Made by a program: the position numbers and the translations under genes
Notes under the pieces: model-generated
Told to the model about the DNA's origin: nothing
Database searches by the model: none
What the model saw: the letters and a program-made list of their open reading frames with translations, nothing else
NCBI GenBank assembly: GCA_002633005.1
Contig: NMRA01000191.1
Span: 111,641 to 175,640, forward strand
Length of the DNA stretch: 64,000 nucleotides
Reading direction: 5' to 3'
From: Phoronis australis
Taxonomy: Eukaryota > Animalia > Phoronida
Part shown: positions 39,776-53,240 of the stretch, piece after piece
How the letters are laid out: each line of letters opens with the position of its first letter
Numbering within the stretch: position 1 is the first letter of the stretch

Positions 39776-40685
39776 ACAAGAGCATGAAACTGTGTTTTCT
39801 TTCTCACCAGAAGTTTAAACTTGTAACACCCTTAATAATGAATAATGCCTCCTAGGAGTGTGTTAGTCATATGATGTTTATCTCTACAGACATAATTCCT
39901 AGGAAGTGCATGTTGATTTCATTTCTTCTAGAGATGGACAATTCTTCTCTACATCAAATAAGAAAATCATTGGTGCCACCTACTTAGCCACGATATTACA
40001 GAAATTGATCTCCTTAAGCTCCTATTGTGTTTCACAGGGCAATTATTGCATAGCCATGTCTTCACGGTAATAAAATACTGACTGAACCACAACAAACTGA
40101 AATGTGAGCAATAGAAACTGGTATTTTTTTAACGTGATTAGCTTCCAAAATTGACTTCCTTATGAAAAAATAGTGTAGAATCATTGTCACACAAGAAATA
40201 ATAAAAATTGCCCAAAATGCTGTGATTGTTGACAGCAGTTTTGACTACAGCGTGGTAGATAATCATCACAATTGGCGTTTGTGTCGTGACATTGCACAAA
40301 AGACTGAGCCTGGCGATTAAGAAAGATGGACATCAGACCTCTGAAAACCCGGAATACGGATTTAACAGGAATTAGTTGTAATGCCATATCTTACTATGAC
40401 TTCACAGCAAAGTAGAAACTAAAGGCTGTTGCAAAAATGTAAAATTCCAGAATTAAGGTAATCACTAGATTAACCAGATGTCATATTTTGATTGTCATTT
40501 TCTATATTAGAAATTTTTTAGAACATTTCTATATATCTTCGATTGTACAAAAAAAGAAGTGATGGCAATTGACAGAGTTTGACAAAACTGAATATGTTTA
40601 ATGCCCTCCAAATAATTGTTTTTTAGCATACGAGCCTGCTTTTAAACATAAATAGGTGGGCGCATCAAATGAACCTATCACTTAC

Positions 40686-40828
40686 TGGCTGACTAGCTGG
40701 TATAGCTTGCATGGGTGGCTGGGGCTGGTTGTGCACGCTTGGTACATACTTGTACGAGGGACGATGTCCCTGCGCCCCTGGCATTGTGTTGACTGGACGA
40801 CCGGGATTGTTGGCTGCCATACCGTGAA
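40686..40828 (-). CDS. PABPC: PABPC-like linker exon (VHGMAANNPGRPV...PSYKYVPSVHNQPQPPMQAIPASQP)
   Basis: ttgcag acceptor, gtaagt donor; YKY..VxN motif of the PABPC linker; phase 1 in, phase 0 out. Confidence 0.78.
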
Positions 40829-41175
40829 CTGCAATGCAATACCTTAAGGTTATCCAGGACCTTAATAAACGGCCTCATCACTCAAATTTCGAAAAAACTG
40901 CTTTACCAACCATTAAATGACATATTGTTGGGAAGAAGAATGATCGAGGATTCTAAAAATGTGCTTCTTACTACTGTGTCTTTATTATTCTCACGTGTCA
41001 AATTTTCTTGTGCAAGAAAGGAACATTCATAGCAAAGTAACCCCCCCAGCCGATTTTACAAAAACTTTTTAAAATGAAATCTTCATGTCTCAAGCACAGT
41101 TCCCTGTTATGATTTCCAAGCAATAATCAGCAAAACTGTCACAAAATACCCCAAAATAGCAGATTAATCTCTTAC

Positions 41176-41449
41176 CTGGTGCAGAGCCAGCAGTTTGTTG
41201 GTCCGTGATGAGTAGGCCATTGGAGACACTCTGCACCTGGCCAGTGGGGCGGGTTCGCCACACCTGGGCCCCACCCTGCACTGCCTGAAAGCTGTTCTGG
41301 GGTCGCATGCCAGCGGGCGACTGCCAGCGGGGACGTGGCTGCACTAGCTGGGGAATTTGGCTTGGGTAGAACCCTTGCTGGTTCTGGGGCATTGTTGGTA
41401 CAAAGAACCCACTGGCATTCGGCTGGAACATCTGGCCTACCTGGTGATC
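41176..41449 (-). CDS. PABPC: PABPC-like Pro/Gln-rich linker exon
   Basis: GFFVPTMPQ...FYPSQ...QPRPRW; acacag acceptor, gtaaga donor; phase fits. Confidence 0.82.
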
Positions 41450-42377
41450 CTGTGTGAGAGACCAGAAAAAAAACGTAGTCGAAAAGTGAATCACCAACAA
41501 ACAAATAGATGAAGTCATCAGCTAGCAGACTTTTGCTAGATCTACAGTCATAATGATTGCATAAGTATAGTCTAGTGCAGCCAGTCATTCTCAACCATAA
41601 AACAGAAATTCTCACAATGTTTCTTATCCATGAACAATTACTTTTCTCTCACAACCTGTTGTTTAATATGTAAGCAATTCGTTTCTCACAAATTCAGGCT
41701 TTTTACAAGCAGCTTTCTTTTCTCCCATGCAATGCCTCAAACAATTCGCTGATTGGAACGAGTAGCCCACACCTGGTGCACATGCATTGCAGGGTAAGAG
41801 TTATTACCGTAGGTCTGAGAATGCTGTTTGTAAGACGAAATTTGCATACATCATCAGGAAACAATGTGCTTGCAATACAACAATGGTATTACCTCAGAAA
41901 GGAAAAACAGCATTTCACAAACTAAGTCTGTGAATTTCATTGTAGCAAAGACAAAAATCCAGAGGGCAAAACTAGTTAGGTACAGTAAACTAACGTAAGT
42001 TGGACATGTATAGGTCAGATTTAGACCAATTTCTGCAGTATGATTGTTCTACTTCATGCACTCTGTCCTTCAGACAAGTTGAATTAATCCCTCTCAGTTC
42101 AACTTTTAATGTATCTGCACTTCATATTAAACTACTGCTGCTTTATGTGCAACTAGATAGGATATAGCAATCCCCCTCGGGCCCTCTCTCACTGAGTGGA
42201 AAGGTGTCTGTACATTCAGAGAGGGTTACTTTCTTCGGGTGAAGGAAAATCACCCCCACAGTCACCACCATTTCAAGGAGGTGCTGTACGAGTGCTTTTA
42301 AGTCCGAGAATTCTATAATCATTGGAGGGGTATTTTTGGGCCTGGTGTGAGAAAAATCGCACCTTAAAATATTTTCA

Positions 42378-42962
<585 letters not shown>

Positions 42963-45900
42963 TCATATGGAATTCACTAAAGCATTCATGTAAAGAATCC
43001 TACGTCGACACCCCCACCAGTCAAGATTGGGCAACTCCGCCGGTTTGCATAGCACAGAATCTGCCGTAAATATCAAAGACAACATGCAGTTGTAGGCAAT
43101 ATATCGCCTCAGACTGCTGATGTCATGGTTTTCTACATAATTAGACCCATCATTAACACACTGGAGCAACAATGCTACTTTTAAATTTTCAGTTTGTGAA
43201 AAGTACACAAAATTAAGTTTTAGAAATTTTGGAAATTGGACAAGAAATGTGACTTTTACAACCTAAAATGTTTGTATAATGTTGCCATATCATGTTCCTC
43301 ATAAATTTTGGTGGGTGCGCAACACATTTGGGCCAATAACAAATTCACCAGGCACCACCTGGATTTTGAGGTAAGCCAAGCGTCATCCTACACTTTTTGC
43401 ATGTCATGATTCTTTATTTACTTATGATACACAACATCATTTAATAAGCCCAGATACAAGTAAATTGATGTTTTAATGAAATCTTAAGTCGATACTTAGT
43501 AGGTAATGTAGTACCTTAAATGACAAGTCTGTGTACTTTGCCAAATATCTACACAACTATAGAATTTTAACTCAGTAAACTGTATATTTTATGAAAGTAA
43601 AAAACGTGTAAAATTTGATTGTTTACTTTTAACCAATCTGTCATTAACTGGGTCACATCAGGGCTTGACATTAGTAATTATACACTTGAAAATACGAGTA
43701 CAAAAATAAAAATATGAGTAGGACATTGGAAATTGACCTCACTAAAATCCTAATGGGTACGGAGCCGACAATGAGCATTTTTGAGACATCGCACCTGTCG
43801 AAATCCACTATACACCTGGCGATTGTGTCCAGCACTCTTTGCTATTAAGAAGTCACACATCCTCTAAATAACTGCCATAGCTACACAGGGCTCCCACCAG
43901 CTTTTCATAAAAGAAGAAGAACGTATGGATGCCATTTCACAAAAAAGTAGGAAAATGTAAGAAATAAAGAAAAAGTAGAAACAATTAGAGCCACAATTGC
44001 TTATTGCAAAATTGTAAAACACACAAAATTCTATTGGATCATGACCCACCATGACAATCTGGACAGAAATTGCAGACTGGGTTATATTTTTAGGGCTGCG
44101 CCTCACAACACTGATACATAAAATGTCATTGACGCACTGTGTTTGCTTAGTTCAGGTCAACTGGTACATTAGAATTGTGTCAGCAGTCACGCTTTATTTT
44201 GCCTTGCTGCAGTAACAATTTGGTATGTACCAATTGCAAAACATGTTGACCAAAACAAAAAACCGAAGCAATCAACTTAATGTAAGAGTTTAGGGCAGTC
44301 TAACACTAACTGCCATTAACCTTCAAACTGTGGAGACACCTGGTACACAATTAACATTTACTACAACAGTCTATAGGCTTGGAATGACCAATGACAAAAA
44401 AGAGGACAATTTTCCAGGTGATTAATCATTCCACAAATAGGCTTGAGTGATAGAAATATTTTTGTGTTGTAAAATTTAACTGAAATGAACATTTTGCATG
44501 AATAAAGTCAAAATAAAGATAAAAGGAGACAAGAAAGAGTAAACTGGAAATCCAATAACAGGAAATCAAAACCAAAAAAGAGGAAATCCTCTTAAAAGAA
44601 AATTTCAAGCACTGGAATGTGAAGAAAATTAAGGAAATTATTTTTTATGAAATACACTAACGTCTGACGGCGTCTTGTCCAACTGTGGAACTGGTGCAAC
44701 TGGATACTAGTCCCCATAGTTGAAATTTTTTAATCAACAAGACTGACATAAAACCTTTCATGGACACAGTTTGCAATAAAACACAGGGTATTACACTGTA
44801 TAAATGCCACGTTTTCAAATATACAGGAAAATACATTGTAAAAGTAGCTATCAAGCATTCACGAGCATTGGTGAAGTCAGCAGACTGCAACAGATGGGGG
44901 CACGTCTTCAACTCCTGGCTGCATAAAAAATTCTCATGGTATGTTGCCGAATGCAATATATATTTGTAACAGACAACTAGTAAACGGCATTACCAATATA
45001 ATGGGACTGGACTTAATCAATAAGAGGCACGTTTGGGGCCAGGGTACAATTATAACTTTTCACGTAAATATTATCTTTTTAATGTAACAGAGCAAGTCTC
45101 CAGTGAACAAAAAATGTGTATTTCACCTTGTTACGCATACATTTCAGTTCAGTTACACATGATTACGCTCAATTGCTCATAGGCAAAGGAAGGAAACACA
45201 CCCTTCGCCAAAGCCTGTCGCTAGCGAAGTGTTCGACACAGTCGCGCCCGCATGCCCACATAATAAAGGCGCATTGAGACGCAATTAAGACATTAGGATA
45301 AGGATAAATAAACAATAACAACTAAATAAGTACAATAAGCGTAGTTACTAACGTCCCGTCACATTAAAATAGCAATAGTCAACGTCATTCTTTGCCACTG
45401 CCAAACAGAAGTCAAATTGTTCACCAGGTATGTTGACGATATGTTCGTAACAATTTTGAATGTCAGCTGATTTCAAAACATTTTTCCTTAGGTTACAAAT
45501 TTCGACTGCTCGTCATTTAGTTGATTTTTCTCCCACAAGGCAAAGTGTCTCTCCTTATTCGGTATGGCAAGACATAGATGTAGCACATTTCACTTACTTA
45601 TATGCAAAATGTGACCTTTGATCTTTGATTCAAGCAACATCCAGTCAGACTTCTTTGAGTGCATGAGTGCACATATATCATTAGGAGCGGAGAATTTGAA
45701 AAACTATTTTTTTAGAAATTCTTGCAATATTCAAAGTAAATGATTCTTGATATTAGCATCCCTAAAAAGTAGATTCTCCTTGATCTGTTTAAAAGGTACC
45801 GTATTTTTTTACAAGCTATCACATTTCATATAATTATAAATATCATTGGCTTTGTTGAACTTGTTTTCAAGCTAACATGCCCATGTAGCTATGTATCCCC

Positions 45901-46913
45901 ATCACAACCTGGGGTAATGGGAAGACATGCTTAGTTTTGAAGGTTATGTATAATTAAAATGTCCAAAAAACATTTTAAATGACTTGGTGCCCCGTGATTT
46001 AAGTGTGCTTTTTTTTCGTAAAGTAGCTTAAACGTAACGCTGCCATGGCCTTGGGAACAGTCTAACAGTGTGCAGGCTGTGCAAGGAAGGCATGGAACCA
46101 AACACACCGTTATAAGCTATTTACAATTTATATTAGAGGGGGTTAAACACAAGGAAAAGCAAAGCTAAAGCAAGTAACTAATGTGCAGGAAAAATCTGCA
46201 AATGCTTGAATAGCAAACACAAATGGATGAACCACAGGTCTCCAAAATTGATCCACAGATTTCAGGCTAGCTAAGCCTATGACCAAGTCAATGCAAGACA
46301 CATTTTTTCTAAAACCAACCCTGAAATGACAATGCAAATATACATAAAAAAATTGAATGAATGAAAATTTGACTGAAGATATTCATAAAATGAAGAATAC
46401 CCATTTTATAAACAATAACTTTTCCAAATGATTCCAGGCAATTTTTGTCTTCGCCCTCTTTTTAGTGCATGACCGAAGAACACGTGGCTATCTTTGACAC
46501 CCTTATTTCAAGCAGCCTTTCTTGGAATACCAGAATTTGCAGAGTCAAAGAGGAACCGTTGAGCCTGAAAAATCTAACTGCTATAGTTAACCTGATTATT
46601 ACATTTTATTTTAGTTGTGACAACTACTAATATTTCTTTGGTAGATTTACGAAATTTACTCATCGACAAATCCTGACAAAAAGTAGGATAATAGTAAGAA
46701 TTTGAGAAAAAAGAAAGAAAATGTAGGAAAAGTAGGAATACCTCCAAAAAGTCTAATAAGTAGAAAAGTGTTCAGCATAGGGAGGCCTTCTGGTGAGTCT
46801 GCTTTGCCAATACTGCCAAATTCATCATTCAAAGATGAAAGAGACAATCACCCTTTCAAGAACAAAATTCTAATGAAATCAACAAAGTGTTCAGATATGT
46901 GCTTAATATTGAC

Positions 46914-47051
46914 AATATAAATCGGTAAATAAAACAACAAGAAAACTGAAATTTGAAATTTTCGGATGTAATAACTTCCTTTGTCAACAGAAACAGAAAT
47001 ATTTCTGTTTCTATTGATCCATTCTTGTTGTTTTATTTACCGATTTATATT
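46914..47051. repeat. 138-bp foldback/mini-MITE: perfect 30-bp terminal inverted repeat and internal palindrome
   Basis: aatataaatcggtaaataaaacaacaagaa vs ttcttgttgttttatttaccgatttatatt; inner agaaacagaaatatttctgtttct. Confidence 0.8.
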
Positions 47052-49367
47052 CTACATTTCGTGAAACAATAGTATCCTTGGGAGGATCTGGATCGCCTTA
47101 TTTAGTTTCAGATTTATTTTCTACGTTAATATTGACAAGAAATACTAAAATCAATATTTACAAACAACGGAAGCAGCATGTAATATCAAAAAACACTGAT
47201 CATACTGTGCATAGGCCTGTTTAATGCAAGGCACGACCGCCGCGGCGGTCCTAGTCATAAACTGGAAGTCAGGTGATGCTTTCAGTCAAATATTTCCTGC
47301 AATAGAATTTTACTGAAAACAAGCAAAATAACAAAACGTCGCCTGTCTTTAAATCCAATGATACCAAAATCATCATCTATTATGCCATCTTATACTTAAA
47401 AACAGTACTCAGAAAACGTCAAATGGATCATCATAACCTAGCTCGCTGTTAACTGAATGACAACTATACACCTGATGCTGGGCTGGGAAACATCTTAGAA
47501 TTCAAACCAATAAGTTCTGAGTTTCCAGGTCTTAAACATGTTGTTTTTGTCGAGGTCTCGATCTCTTTTTGGACACTGTACATAGGTCGAAGTACGACTG
47601 TACATCATTTTAAGTACGACCATCCGTCGTACGTACATACTCAGATTTATAAGGGCAGACTTTCAATTTCAAAGGAAAGATTTTTTAACACACTAACGGT
47701 CCATCATTGTATAGACAGGGACAGAAAAACTTTCCTAGTGTCTCCGCTGTCTGATATTTTTGAACTTCCATGATGTGGCATGCAAATCTAAAGTTTTATT
47801 GGAAAATTGGTGCACTTTATGCTGTGTTCCGTGTTGGTAAGCTGACGACCTCAGTGTTCACCATCCAAAGTTCTGAAATGATCGAGAGGGCTTGCAATTT
47901 TTTGTTTGTAACACCCGTGACATTTGCATTCTGGGTGTTTGTAGTGTTTGTCCTTCCGGGGTCTGAAACACTAGTCACAACACACTACGGAATCTACTGA
48001 ATAATTTGTCAACTTCGTCTCTCAATTTCCGTACAGCAAGCAGAAGTTTTTGATTGACCTAGATATGTTTTAATTGGCGTAGATATATAGCTACGCACGT
48101 GTACTTGCTGTGTTTGATAACAAAACTGCATTATACGCTAAATACCAGAAAGTACTGCGTTTATCCAAATATGACTTTGAAATTGCAAAAACGTTGTAGG
48201 ATATCAACCGGGAAAATACCAACTTAGTCCAAATATGGTTGTGTCTTTCCCGCGGTACGCTATCTGTCGAAAAGATATTAAACTAGTTTACCAGTAAAAT
48301 ATTTGATCGCGCAATCGAGTTACTTCACTTGTAAATGACAACATGATTTTGTGAATGACTGTTTAGAAAACCAGTTATCATAAATGTTAACTATAAAGCT
48401 TTAAAGGGTACAAGTTGGGTGAGAGAAGTGGTGAAAACTTGGCGCTAATTAGGCTTCAAATTTGGTTGCCCCAGCGACTGGGCGACCACTAAGTTATCCT
48501 TATTCAAACTAAATCATCAACAACACAACTCTGCATGTAATAGGAACATAACGGAAGTGGAGACCATTGTTTTCTGACAAGTCAGAAACAGAAAGATTCA
48601 CAGAATTGGGACTTTGATCTTCAAAAGACTTTAATTGATGTTCCAAATGGAACTCGTACAATTTAGTAGTGAGATGCCACAACTTTATCATTCCTGTGGA
48701 CATGCTCAAGTAGTGTTTTTCCTTCCAAGTTTTGAGAAGCATTCAACAAGTCACATACAGCATAGACGCATAGGAAAGAGAATAAGGGGCAATCCAGACA
48801 TTTTTATGTTATTTACTACTTCGAAATGGAAATTCAGAAATTGTTAATTTCAGAACAGAAAAAACTACAACGGATTTCACAATTCTTGAAAATGGAAGAT
48901 CAGAGTCCTTAATCAGGGTTACCCCACCAATGACCTCCCCTCCTTGATGAACTTCCCTACGGCTCTCTGACACCTGTGCCTTTTGAGAGGTACAGAATTT
49001 TTTGGGTGCATGACCCCCCATCACAAATTTCCCTTTCCAGTCAAGTCCACCCCATGCACCTGGCACCTAAAGTGCTTTGAGTCACCCCTTCAATTGTAAT
49101 AAACAAATCAGATTCTGTTCTCCACATCCAGGCTGTAAACAGGAAAGCAACTTACAGGGATTAGAGAGAAGTGAAGATTTTGGCAGGCAAAAGAGCCCCT
49201 GAATCTGTCAATCCAACCTTGAGGGGAATTTTTAACAACTAGAGGGAACTTTGGGGCCTGAGGAGGGGAGTTAATTATGTATGCTGGACTTTTAAGTATT
49301 CTTCAGAGGTGATTTAGAAATCAAGGGTGTTGACTCCCACCCCTACCTAGCCGCGTTCTCTACTCAC

Positions 49368-49603
49368 CTTCTCAGCACTCTCCGACTCCTCATAGCTTAC
49401 AAATCCAAAGCCACGTGACTTCCCCTGTGCATCCTTCATCACAGTATAGCTTGCCAACTTGCCAAACTGCTTAAAGTCTTCACGTAATGATTCATCATCG
49501 TAGTGGTCAGCAAAGTTCTTGATGTAGACGTTGGTGAACTTGCATGCCTGGCCGTCCATTTCCTGATGCCGTGACCTCACAAGACCTAAAGTGACACACG
49601 AAC
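49368..49603 (-). CDS. PABPC: PABPC-like RRM3 exon (frameshift near its 5' end; in-frame ATG at 49559)
   Basis: FVCHFRSCE(+1)RHQEMDGQACKFTNVYIKNF...SRGFGFVSYEESESAEK; gtgagt donor. Confidence 0.85.
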
Positions 49604-50889
49604 CTTTATTGGGGAACTAGAACAGACGTCAACAGCAGTTTTAAATGTAAAAATTCTTCATGTGTCTACAATGTGTCACAGTGCAAATTGAGATGTACAT
49701 GGAAATAGTACAAAGCATAGACAATTCAATAAATGTCTTTTTGCATCTTGCAAGTCAAAACACCCTTGATGAACATGACATTAAATTTGACATTCCATGT
49801 CTTGTTTTTCTCTGCAACAAAGCTCCTCTAATACTCCAGGCAAAATAGATTCCGATAAATTTTATACACAAATGCGTTTTTTATACTTAACCTGGATTTG
49901 CTAGATCAAGTTTTTTCTTTGCTGCTTTATAGCCTAGGCATAGGTCATTATGATTTATGGGGGTGACCGTTCACAACCCTCGAGTGTTTTTTTAAAAATG
50001 GACCATTCATACAGGCTTCAGTATTTAATGAACATTGAAGTAAACGGTGGGTGACAATGTCGTCATCGAAGTTATCGGCGCAAGGTAGTGCTGCATGCTA
50101 TGATTTTTTTCATTGTGACAATTTGGGAACATTTACATGTGCTAATTGACATGAAACTTATTTTTAAATCGATTGGTTATTAATAGAGCAAAATAAACCA
50201 TCGATGCATCAACGTTAGCATGAAAGGCCCTTAAGTCTGGTAAGGGCTCACAATCACTCTATGTCTGGTAAAGTCACTGAACGGGAGAACACCCTAAATG
50301 CAGGAAGACCAGGCTGCTGGTATGAGGAACAAAATTGGCAAGGGATACTCANNNNNNNNNNNACTGTGTACTCTGTCACCGACAACAGAGCCATTCGCAG
50401 AGAAAGTAAACAGAGCCGATTATCTGCAGTCAGTCGTGTGGCGGGATGTCACCAGAGGACCCAGAGTACTTACCGGTAATGGATGGAAGAGAGATGCCAT
50501 AAACAAATCGCTCTCAACATCTACAATTCCGGATGGTGTCCAACTCGCCCGATTGCATACTGCAGATGATTTGGTGTGGCTGCAAAGGTCAGATTCCATG
50601 TAATTCAAGTAGATACAATTTCAGCATCAATTGTCTACCCTGCTTAATATTTTGGGCAAGTTACACAGTGGTCGGTGCTTATGGTTAGTTTTGAAGTATC
50701 ATTTGCAACATCTTCAAGTTATGATTGTGCTCTAATCAATGGGATATTGTCCTGGGTTGAAGCAATTAAAAAAATTGGTCATCTACACAAAACTAGAATT
50801 TGTAATGTGCAAAATAAATTACAGCTTATTACGTGGCAGAATTCTTTGAATTCCGCCAATTATGTTGCTCTGACATCAAGTTTTTTCCT

Positions 50890-53240
50890 TTTTTACTTGC
50901 CTTTTCCCAAGTATGCTGCAGCTTTGTTTAGGTTTATTCTTTGTTCGTTTGTTTGCTTTTTGTTATTTTTGTCTACACTCTACAAGTCGCATTTCTCAAC
51001 CGATTAACATGAAATTTGAACATAACATGAATTTCCAGAATAGCTCGAGGCCTAATGTTTTGGTGAATATTGGATCCAAGATGGCCACTGTAGCTGCCAT
51101 TTTGTTGCCAAAAGTATACATTTATTGTCGGATTGTCTCCAAAATTATGATTTATAATTCTAGTTACCTTATCTACTGATCATGATGTACTAAGTTTCAA
51201 GTAGATAGCTCTCAAGATAGCGGAAATTTTCGCCATTTTGTAAGGGTAACCCAATTTTCAGCCAAAACACGTTTTTTTCTCATGCATGTCTCGTTTTACT
51301 GTTTATTAGTTTTATGTTCTAAGAAATTAGTTATGTGTTCATAGCAAACATTTTTAATCCAATTTTTTCCACTTCCTGTTCAAAATTGCAGCATATAACT
51401 GAAAAATGTTTGGTTTAACCAGAAGTGCTCGAAAACGGTATTACTTATGATTACGAAAATTTGCACATGCAGACATTCTCCAAATTAAGTCCCTTTTTTG
51501 TCTGATTGACTTGAAATTTTGGCAGAACGTTGGTTTCTGGAATGGCTTGAAACAAACTGTTTTTTTGTCAAAATTGGATCAAACATAGTGGCCATGGTGG
51601 CTATTTTGATTTTTTATTTCCCTTTTTTACTCGTTATTTTGGACTCTGGGTGCATTTGTCTGATCACATTACCTGTCCAAGATAGCATTCAAATTCCCAT
51701 GAATGCAAATAGATGGTGCTAGTAACTTACTATTCAGTTACAAAGTGTACGTCAGTAATTTTTGATGTACACGGCTGAAAATTAGTATGATTGAACTTGA
51801 CAGATGTGCGAAAGATCCTTCATCTCCCGTCAAAGATGGCAGAAATAGAGGCCATTGCACATGTGCACCTCGATTTTAGGATGAAAACATTTTGTCCTGT
51901 AGAGGGCGCATTATAGAACCAATTGCTTTGATATTTTTCATGTGTCAGTTTCTATCAGCTAGCTATTATGGAGTGCTGCTTACCTGGAAGTTGTTTTCAA
52001 GATGGCAGATAGTAGTATGACACATTTTAATCCATTTTCAATCGTACTGGGGTGCCCTTTAAAACGGGAAGAGCAAATGACGTGAATTTTTGCATGTGAA
52101 TTTTCTGAGGTATACCATTTTTGAATTATTTGACTTTCAATTTCAAAAAATGCAAAATTTAAGTTTTCTGGAAAAAAAAATGTTAAATTTTATGAAATTG
52201 ATCAGTTAGATAGTTTTTAACGGGCTTTTAGATGTTTTCTCTTTTTCGCTATGGCGTCTTGTTTTGAAATATCCGTGATTATTCTGATGTTGCTGTTCCT
52301 TTGTTGATTGAATTTTGCTGGTTTGCCTTCTTTTGAAAGATTATATTTCTTACTCGTTTCTGACGTCTTCATTCGTCATGTGGTAGTTATTGTCATGTTC
52401 ATCATCACCACCATCACCATGATCATCGTCATCTCCATTACTGCCTTTTCAGTCAATTTCACCAAAGTTTCGCTCCTCCAAGTGCTTTCATTTTTTGTTC
52501 GCATTCTACAGGTCAAAATTTTCCTCAGATTCACATGAAATTCACAAATAACCTGTAGCCCCATAAAGAGCTGGAAGCCTATAGTTTTTCATTATGATCG
52601 CATTCAAGATGGTGGACATGGCCATTTTGTATTCAAATTCTCATTCAAAGACTCATGGAGACCCCAATTTTTCACGGGCACTATTGAAAGTCGGCATGGT
52701 TGTACCGAACATGTACTACAGATGTACACATCATTCACTTCTGGTCAAAGATGGGGGATCGAAATATCAGCCATTGCTCATGCGCACTTTCATTTCGGGA
52801 CAATTCGAGGGCTGCTGAATCAAAGTTGTTTTCAAAATGGTGGATCTTGATGCATTTTTATCTATTTTCAATCGTGCTAGGGTGCCATTTTGAATGAGAA
52901 GAGGAAATGACGTACATTTTTGCATGTGGATTCTCTGTGGTTTCGCCCTTCAAGACTGTAACAGTTTTCTTCTCTGACTTACCGTTTTTGAATTAGTTGA
53001 CTTAAGTTTCAAAAAATGCAAAATTTGAAATTTTTTGAAACATGTTTGGGATTTTGTGAAACTATACGTCATAAGTTTTAAACGGGCTTTCAGAAAATGT
53101 TTTTCATTTTTCAATAGGACGTCTACTTTTTTCGAGATTTTCTGATAACGCTGTTCCTTATATTTGCTGCACTTCTGTTAGTAAATATCTTCTCCTGAAC
53201 AAGACTATAGCCCATTGCTCAGTTGTTTGACATCTTCGTT
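50890..53240 (+). mobile_element. Family A element copy with a tandemly duplicated core
   Basis: Shares aagatggc, tcctgtagagggcgcattatag and aaacgggaagag...gacgtgaattttgcatgtg blocks with 311-1490, partly present twice. Confidence 0.6.
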
